64,000 nucleotides of DNA from Chthoniobacterales bacterium (GTDB lineage Bacteria; Verrucomicrobiota; Verrucomicrobiia; Chthoniobacterales; Chthoniobacteraceae), in contig JBBQZX010000008.1 of assembly GCA_038207335.1 (NCBI GenBank), forward strand, positions 32,001 to 96,000, written 5' to 3'. Below, in pieces: positions 49,722 through 56,384 of the stretch. The notes beneath the pieces are model-generated. The model did not search any database. It saw only the letters and a program-made list of their open reading frames with translations, and was not told the DNA's origin. The position numbers and the translations under genes are program-made. The stretch's first letter is position 1. Each line of letters opens with the position of its first letter.

Positions 49722-52019
49722 ATGCACCTCCGGCTCCCCCACTTTGCCCTGATTTTCCTCGCACTCCTGACGTGCCTGCGCGCGCACGGGCAGGACCCGT
49801 TTGCGGCGTCTCCGGTGCCCACTTTCAACTTCACGGAGACCGTGACCGAGTCTCTGGATGCAGACGATGAATCCATCTATAAAGGCGGACTGCACATCAA
49901 AGGGCGTGTCTCGATGGCTGGCATCGACCTGAGCACGATCGATGGGGACACGCTGTTCGAGATTTACATCGAGACCTCGCAGCTCGATGAGGACGATCTG
50001 GATCTCTACACGACGCTGGATGGCGGTTCGGATTTCGATGACATCGGGCCTGTGATCGCCGGCTCGATCGCCCAGAAGACGCTCACATTCCAGATCAACA
50101 GCGCAGACTCGGACAAGCTCGATGGCGTCGGAACGCTGAAGATCACTTGGAACGCGACGGAGATGAATTACGCGATCGATATCACCAACGGCTCCACGGA
50201 GTACTCGGTGCTCGCGCAGTCGCTTGCGGACGAGTACACCGAAGATGAAGGGTATCAGGACATCGCGACGCTCGACGTGATCTTTGCGGAGCACGAACTG
50301 TCGTATCGCACAATCTACGTGAGCGGCACTGCGAGGGTCGTCTACGATGCCAACGACAATCCGCTCGCCCGCGAGAATATCAGCGGCGCGATCGATTCCG
50401 CAGCGCCGCGAGTAACGATTTCGAATCCCGCGGCGCAGTTGAAATTCAACATCAAGCCTTACGTCGCGAGTGGCACCGCCACGGATGAGCATCTCTCGCG
50501 GGTCGAGGTGACCCTGAATAGCGATACGCCGATCGTCGCGACGCTGAGTGGTGAAAACTGGTCCGTGTCCCTTTCGAATTTTAAGATTGGGGAAAATCGG
50601 ATCGTCGTGACTGCCTACGACGAAGATGAAAACAGCACGGCCACTGCGCCGCGAAAATTCACCTACTACCCGGGGAGCACGCTCACGGTACGAGCGGCGG
50701 GGCCGGGCTCCGGGTCTGTGACGAGCGGGTATTTCAAGACGCTAAACTACCCCGCGAACTCGCAGGCGGTGTCGATCGGCCAGCGCGTCGAGGGGACCAA
50801 GCAGACGGTCACCGCGACCGCAAATTTCCCGGCGTCTGTTTTCGATGGGTGGACATCGGTGCCGCCGCTGTGGATGGACGAGGACGCTAGCGCGTCGAAA
50901 CTCACCTTCCGAATGCAGCCGAATCAGGTGCTCACCGCACACTTCATCCTGAATCCATTTCTCGGCAAATTCGGGAAATTCTCCGGCCTCGTACGGCCGA
51001 ATGCGACGGGCGGCGCGCAGGGCTTCGTCGCGTTGAAAATCACGAACAAGGGAACTTTCACTGGGAAATTCAAGATCGGTAAGATCAGCGTGCCGGTGAA
51101 GGGCAGCCTGGCGAATTCCCTGCAATTCAGCCGGACATTCACCGTCGCAGGCGTGCCGTATGCGGTGACGTTCGCGTTGACTGACCTGCCGAGCGGCGCG
51201 CACCAAGTCACGGGGTCGATCAATGGCGGGGGGATTGATTCGAGCATCGCCGCGGATCTCTCGACCTTCTCGAAAAGCGCGCCTGCGCCACAGGCTGGGA
51301 GCTACAATGTGCTGCTGCCGGCGGCTGCCGGAGCGGGCGCGGACTTCCCGGTCGGCGTCGGTTTTGGGCGGGTGAAAGTTAGCGTTAAGGGGCTCACGAA
51401 ATTTGTCGGGAAGCTGGGCGACGGCACCGTGGTCAGCTTCGGCACGACGCTTTCAGCGGACGGCGTCTGGCCGTTCTTCGCCGCGCTCTACGGAAAAACG
51501 GGTTCGATCTCCGGTTCGGTCACTTTCGATGATAGCGATCTCGATCACGATCTCAGTGGCACGCTCGATTGGACGCGTCCGCCTGGCATTGGAAAAGTGC
51601 ATCGCACAGGCTTCAGCGGACAAAGCGACCTCATCGGCGCGCGCTATGCGAAGCCCGCGACGGGGCTGATCTTCCTGACTCCCAACGGCGCGGGCCTCCT
51701 TTCACTGGATGCGCCAGCGGCGACCGTGCCGATGCTGCCGACGTTTTCCACCGACCCCGATTTGAGCGTGACTCTCGCGCCCGTCGAGTTGCAAAGCACC
51801 GTTACAATCGGTGACGCCACGCTCGGGGTGAAAGTGAAGATTTCAGGCGGCTCGGGACTCTTCAGCGGGAGCTTTAACGATCCGGCGCAAGCGGGCAAAA
51901 CGCTGAAATTCAGCGGCGCGATCGTGCAGAAAAACGTGAACGCCGCGGGCGGTCTCTTCATCCGTGGCGACCGCACCGGCGCGGTTCAGATCGCCGCACC
52001 GCCGGAACAGAATAACTGA
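49722..52019 (+). CDS. Secreted all-beta hypothetical protein (acidic N-domain, Ig-like domain, InlB-B-repeat-like domain, Gly-rich beta C-domain)
   Basis: Signal peptide, DSAAPRVTI...SGTATDE...GENRIVVTAYD, SVFDGW...LTAHF, duplicated GxY/FxxL motifs. Confidence 0.7.
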   Translation: MHLRLPHFALIFLALLTCLRAHGQDPFAASPVPTFNFTETVTESLDADDESIYKGGLHIKGRVSMAGIDLSTIDGDTLFEIYIETSQLDEDDLDLYTTLDGGSDFDDIGPVIAGSIAQKTLTFQINSADSDKLDGVGTLKITWNATEMNYAIDITNGSTEYSVLAQSLADEYTEDEGYQDIATLDVIFAEHELSYRTIYVSGTARVVYDANDNPLARENISGAIDSAAPRVTISNPAAQLKFNIKPYVASGTATDEHLSRVEVTLNSDTPIVATLSGENWSVSLSNFKIGENRIVVTAYDEDENSTATAPRKFTYYPGSTLTVRAAGPGSGSVTSGYFKTLNYPANSQAVSIGQRVEGTKQTVTATANFPASVFDGWTSVPPLWMDEDASASKLTFRMQPNQVLTAHFILNPFLGKFGKFSGLVRPNATGGAQGFVALKITNKGTFTGKFKIGKISVPVKGSLANSLQFSRTFTVAGVPYAVTFALTDLPSGAHQVTGSINGGGIDSSIAADLSTFSKSAPAPQAGSYNVLLPAAAGAGADFPVGVGFGRVKVSVKGLTKFVGKLGDGTVVSFGTTLSADGVWPFFAALYGKTGSISGSVTFDDSDLDHDLSGTLDWTRPPGIGKVHRTGFSGQSDLIGARYAKPATGLIFLTPNGAGLLSLDAPAATVPMLPTFSTDPDLSVTLAPVELQSTVTIGDATLGVKVKISGGSGLFSGSFNDPAQAGKTLKFSGAIVQKNVNAAGGLFIRGDRTGAVQIAAPPEQNN

Positions 52020-52144
52020 TCGCCGTCGTCCCGTGATTCGGAAGTAGTAGGAGAATCACCCGGAGACGTCGGGCTTGGCGCCATTCGTGCCCAAGTCATT
52101 AGATCCCCGGTGTTCAGATCGCCGATCTGACTTGTGAAGCCACT

Positions 52145-52555
52145 TTACCGCAGGGCTTGCGCGATCCGACTGAGTGTTCGCTCAGCCCGCTTCGGAATTA
52201 GCGCGCATTCCCAAATCCGCAGGACTGTCCACCCGGCTTTGCGCAGGGTGCGCGTGACCTCCCGGTCGCGCGCCGCGTTGCGTGCGAGCTTGGCTTTCCA
52301 AAAATCGCGGTTGCCCGCCGGCGTCGTCGCGTGGCGCGGACATCTGTGCCAAAAGCAGCCATCGACGAACACCGCCACGCGCTCGCGCCGGAAGACGAAA
52401 TCGGGTTTGCCGAAAACGCGCGCGTTCCGCCGCCAGCCGGTGATGCCGTATTCGCGCATCAGCGCGATGAAGCGGAGTTCCGTAGCGCGGTTGCCGCTCG
52501 AGCGGATGAGCGACATGACGGCGCTGCGCTTCGCCTTGGTGAAGACATCAGCCAT
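52145..52555 (-). CDS. vsr: Very-short-patch repair endonuclease
   Basis: MADVFTKAKRSAVMSLIR, GKPDFVF, VFVDGCFWH, GWTVLRIWEC. Confidence 0.93.
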   Translation of the reverse strand: MADVFTKAKRSAVMSLIRSSGNRATELRFIALMREYGITGWRRNARVFGKPDFVFRRERVAVFVDGCFWHRCPRHATTPAGNRDFWKAKLARNAARDREVTRTLRKAGWTVLRIWECALIPKRAERTLSRIAQALR

Positions 52556-52919
52556 CGGCGCGCGCACCGTAGTCGGCGGCGATTTGGAAACGGCGGGCGG
52601 TTTCGTCGTCCTCGTGTGTGTGCATCCGGTCGTAGAGGCCCGACCATTGGGCGGCGCAGGGGTAGAGTTCTTCGTCGGCGAGTTCACCCGCGTCCGCCCG
52701 GCGCCACGCCTCGGCGGCGAAGCGTTTCAGCACGCGCGGCCAACCGCTCCCGGCGTCTTCGTAGCCATCGGGATGCAGGCCGGGGAAGGCGTAGGCGACG
52801 GCGCACCATGCGCGTAGGAAGGCCGGTTTAGGGAGTTGTTCGACTTGCGCGGTTAAGGCGTGGCGAAGCTCGCGGCCAGCGCCGCGAAGCGTTGAAGGAA
52901 CGACGATGTCGGTGCTCAT
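52548..52919 (-). CDS. Hypothetical 123-aa protein within the RM cassette
   Basis: ATG start, normal composition, fills the gap between the nuclease gene and vsr; 8-nt overlap with vsr. Confidence 0.6.
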   Translation of the reverse strand: MSTDIVVPSTLRGAGRELRHALTAQVEQLPKPAFLRAWCAVAYAFPGLHPDGYEDAGSGWPRVLKRFAAEAWRRADAGELADEELYPCAAQWSGLYDRMHTHEDDETARRFQIAADYGARADG

Positions 52920-52983
52920 ACGTCATCTCGCTACCAGGTCGTCATCCGCTTGCCAGGAAAAATCTTGCGCCTCCGAGAAAAAA

Positions 52984-54291
52984 TCAGCCGCACGCCTCGA
53001 CCGTGTCGAGCTGGCGGTAAATGGCGGTGAGGTCGGCCGAACGAATGCGGAACTGGCTGCGACGCTTGAGCCGGGGCGCGGTGGTCGATGCGGCTTCGAG
53101 TTTGATTCCCGGATCGTAATACACCGTGCCGGCGGCGAACGCCGCGAGCAGCCAGAGGAAATCCGGCTGCCCGGCGAGCCGCACGCGCCCGCCGTAACGG
53201 TATTGCCGCGCCGGTTCCGTGCGGTTCTCCGAGGGAACGTAGGCGGCGTGAGCATGCTTGCGCGTCCAGTGCTGCATCAGCCCCGCGAAATCCCACGATG
53301 CGGCGACGGTGCCGGCGTCGTCCACCAAGGCGACGCTTCCCTTTTTGTCGGTGATGACGCCGCCCGCGTAACCGGGCAGCGTCAAGGTCAGCCCAGTTCC
53401 TGCGTGCCGCTGGCCTGCGCGATGAAGTCCGCCGAAATTCAGGCGATCGTCGCGGCCCATCTTGTCCGCATAGCCATAGCGCCGGAGAAATGCGATGGGG
53501 CTTTCGTCGGCATAAACTCCGCCCGTCGGCTCGGGCGTCAGGAGAGTGATCCTTCCTGAATCTAGGCGGCTGAGTTCAGGAACGGTGTATTGCTTCACTT
53601 CGTAACCACGATAATCCGGCTCCGCTCTCCCATTTGGCCGCACTCCAAGCTCAGCCTCCAAAGTGTAGCCGCCGCAGTTGGGCGCATTGCACGGCAGAAG
53701 TTCTCCGCTGCTGCCGAGCCGTTTTGAATCAATCCAGCCAAGTCGGAAAATCCGGCAAAGCTCCGTAAGCAACAATTCGCGGTCGTCCGGTGCGCGGCTG
53801 CCGAGAGTCAAAGCCAGCTCCACAAAAACGCCGAGCGACGGCGCGAGTGCCAAGGCACGGAATTCGTATGCAAGGTCGGAGCTTCCGTCGGCAACAAAGC
53901 CGACGATCTGCCGCTCGGCAGTGACGCCTAGAAACAAGACGCGCCCCACCAACCGCTGGTTCAGCAATTCGTTTGGCGCTGCTGCGCTGCCCTTCAAGAA
54001 CCCTGAGAACCGAACTTCTGGATACTGCGGGTAGAGAATCAATTGCGCGCCCGGCGCTGGTGAAATACCGCCTGCATCGCTCAGCCATCCGAAATCGAGC
54101 ACCGCTTTATAGATAAGATTTTTCGGGCTGCTGTCCGGTCGAACTTCTCTAGTGGGAAACAAAGTCAGCGCCGTAAAGTCAGGCCCAAAATAAATCTGGT
54201 TCTTTGAATTGTCGTTCTCCGCGAGCGGCTTTGCATACAACCGAATGCAACCGACGCGAGAGAACAGAGAGCGGAGTTCATCCAGCTTCAT
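52984..54291 (-). CDS. MvaI/BcnI-family restriction endonuclease with an extra N-terminal domain
   Basis: GYTLEAELGVRPNGRAEPDYRGYEVK and ITLLTPEP (MvaI/BcnI/MutH-type PD-ExK). Confidence 0.82.
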   Translation of the reverse strand: MKLDELRSLFSRVGCIRLYAKPLAENDNSKNQIYFGPDFTALTLFPTREVRPDSSPKNLIYKAVLDFGWLSDAGGISPAPGAQLILYPQYPEVRFSGFLKGSAAAPNELLNQRLVGRVLFLGVTAERQIVGFVADGSSDLAYEFRALALAPSLGVFVELALTLGSRAPDDRELLLTELCRIFRLGWIDSKRLGSSGELLPCNAPNCGGYTLEAELGVRPNGRAEPDYRGYEVKQYTVPELSRLDSGRITLLTPEPTGGVYADESPIAFLRRYGYADKMGRDDRLNFGGLHRAGQRHAGTGLTLTLPGYAGGVITDKKGSVALVDDAGTVAASWDFAGLMQHWTRKHAHAAYVPSENRTEPARQYRYGGRVRLAGQPDFLWLLAAFAAGTVYYDPGIKLEAASTTAPRLKRRSQFRIRSADLTAIYRQLDTVEACG

Positions 54292-55415
54292 TTTTTCGCC
54301 TGCCTTTTCCTCGGTGCCTTTGAATACGTAACCGGTTTTTGCGTGAACTTGATGGGAGCGGCGTTCGGTTTTTCTGCCGCGGTGAGCACGAAGTCAGCAG
54401 GGACGTTCAATGGCTGCCGCAGAGTTCGGACAACGGCGGAGGCGATGCGCTCGACAACAGGAACGACTACCGAGTTGCCGAATTGCCGATACGCCTGCGT
54501 GTCGGACACCACGATTTTGAATGTCTCCGGGTAGCCCATGAGGCGAGCACATTCACGCGGTGTCAGCCGTCGCGGGATGCGCCCGCCGTTCTGCGCGATG
54601 AGGATCTCCGAGCCGTCCTTGTAGTAGCGCGCGCTGAGCGTGCGGGCGATGTCGCGCTCGGTGACGAGGCCGAAGCCGAAGCCGTTGCCGGCGGCACGAT
54701 GCTTGGCAGCGTAGTTCTGGAGGTAAGTCCAGAGATGGTCGGAGAGCGTGTATTTCGGTTCCGGTTTCGGTTCGAGAATGCTGCCGAGCTTGGGGCCATC
54801 GGCGGGAAATTTCGGGAACTCGAAATACCGCCATTCGCGGAAGCCGACGACGAAGATGCGCTCGCGGTGCTGGGGGACGACGCTCTGCGCGTCGATGATC
54901 TTGTGATAGACGGTGTAGCCGAGCGCTTCGGTGAGGGTGCGGTGGATGATCTCGAAGGTTTTGCCGCCGTCGTGGCCCTTGAGGTTCTTGACGTTCTCCA
55001 GGACGAACGCGGCGGGGCGGTGGAAGTCGAGGATGTCGGCGATGGAGAAGAAGAGGTTGCCCTGCTTGATATCCTCGAAGCCGTGCTTGCGGCCCAGGCT
55101 CAGCTTCTTCGACACGCCCGCGATGCTGAACGGCTGGCAGGGGAAGCCGCCGCAGAGGATGTCGTGCGCGGGGATGTCGGCGACGGCGATGCTGTGGATG
55201 TCGCCATGCGGTCGCTCGCCGAAATTGGCCTCGTAAGTCTGCTGGCTGAATTTGTCGTAGTCGGAGGAGAAGACGCACTGGCCGCCCACCTTCTCGAACG
55301 CGATGCGGAATCCGCCGATGCCGCAGAAGAGGTCGATGAAGCGCGGCGCGGTGGCGCCGTACGTCGGGGACTCTTCGCGAACTCGCGCGCCTTCTCCTTC
55401 GGGCCGCTTTCTCAC
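54288..55415 (-). CDS. dcm: DNA (cytosine-5)-methyltransferase, Dcm/M.EcoRII-like (CCWGG predicted)
   Basis: FIDLFCGIGG, GGFPCQPFS, LENVKNL, PQHRERI, GNGFGFGL..RTLSARYYKDGSEILI, QFGNSV. Confidence 0.93.
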   Translation of the reverse strand: MRKRPEGEGARVREESPTYGATAPRFIDLFCGIGGFRIAFEKVGGQCVFSSDYDKFSQQTYEANFGERPHGDIHSIAVADIPAHDILCGGFPCQPFSIAGVSKKLSLGRKHGFEDIKQGNLFFSIADILDFHRPAAFVLENVKNLKGHDGGKTFEIIHRTLTEALGYTVYHKIIDAQSVVPQHRERIFVVGFREWRYFEFPKFPADGPKLGSILEPKPEPKYTLSDHLWTYLQNYAAKHRAAGNGFGFGLVTERDIARTLSARYYKDGSEILIAQNGGRIPRRLTPRECARLMGYPETFKIVVSDTQAYRQFGNSVVVPVVERIASAVVRTLRQPLNVPADFVLTAAEKPNAAPIKFTQKPVTYSKAPRKRQAKK

Positions 55416-55639
55416 TGCTCCACACCGGTAAAGAGTTCGGCCAGCGAGAGGCGAAACGCCTTCGCCAGCTGCCCGACGATGAGCATCGACGGATTCCGCT
55501 CCCCGCGCTCGATGTCGCTGATGTAGGTCTGATCGAGATCGGCCTTCTCGCCGAGATTCTCCTGCGTCAGGCCTTGGCTTTCGCGCAGGCCGCGCACGCG
55601 GCGACCCAAGGCGGTGAGGAGTGGATCGCGTCTCGGCAT
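55412..55639 (-). CDS. XRE HTH regulator (RM controller C-protein-like)
   Basis: LTQENLGEKADLDQTYISDIERGERNPS; 4-nt overlap with the methyltransferase gene. Confidence 0.85.
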   Translation of the reverse strand: MPRRDPLLTALGRRVRGLRESQGLTQENLGEKADLDQTYISDIERGERNPSMLIVGQLAKAFRLSLAELFTGVEQ

Positions 55640-55674
55640 GACGCGGAGTGTGCGTGGCGCGCTCCGCGAAGTTT

Positions 55675-55687
55675 ATTGACGATCAGT
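55675..55687. promoter_or_regulatory. Candidate controller operator (ATTGA-cga-TCAGT)
   Basis: Imperfect inverted repeat in an AT-rich patch 35 nt upstream of the HTH gene. Confidence 0.35.
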
Positions 55688-55866
55688 TATATTTTTGAGT
55701 CGTGCCGCGTAGCTAGTTTTTCCCACGAAGGCCGAAAATTTCGGTCCGGCTGAAATTCCCGACAACCGCGGCGTTGCCCGCGATCTTCACTTCGTAAAGT
55801 CCCCCCAACCCCCCGCGCCACCGAAATTCTTCCAAGGCTGACGTTCGTCCGCGCGATACCGCCGCC

Positions 55867-56319
55867 TCACTGCTCACGCTCGAGCGTCCGCCGGACTTGG
55901 CGCAGCGCGGTCGAGTATTCACTGGAATAAATCTGAAACCGGCGCACCGCATCATCCATCCCGGTGCCGAGTCCGCGCACGGCGTACGGCAGGCACGAGA
56001 GTCGATATTTTCCCGCCGACAGCTCGATCACCTGCACGACCACCCGGTCGGCCAGCTTGTCGTCATTCCAGTTTCCGTAGAGAACGCCATCAACACCGCT
56101 TGCATCGCGCTCGAACGTGAGGTCGTGGCGCACGTTGCTTGCGAGGTGAAAATTTCGGGCGACAAACGCGCCCGTCACTGCCGCCTCCACCTCGGTGCCG
56201 GAATCCGCAGTCACCACCACCGAAGCCGAGGGCGCACCGGAATGAAATACTGCGCACGAGGCGAAAAAGCTGACACTTGCGAGAAGGAAAATGAGATGCG
56301 GGAGGCGGCGGATATTCAT
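55867..56319 (-). CDS. Hypothetical lipoprotein
   Basis: MNIRR + hydrophobic stretch + FASC lipobox; upstream TTGTCG-17-TATTCG. Confidence 0.7.
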   Translation of the reverse strand: MNIRRLPHLIFLLASVSFFASCAVFHSGAPSASVVVTADSGTEVEAAVTGAFVARNFHLASNVRHDLTFERDASGVDGVLYGNWNDDKLADRVVVQVIELSAGKYRLSCLPYAVRGLGTGMDDAVRRFQIYSSEYSTALRQVRRTLEREQ

Positions 56320-56384
56320 CGGGAAGAAATGTGCGAATAGCGGCGAAACCGCACTGCGACAAGCGCGCCGGCGCATCGCACCGC

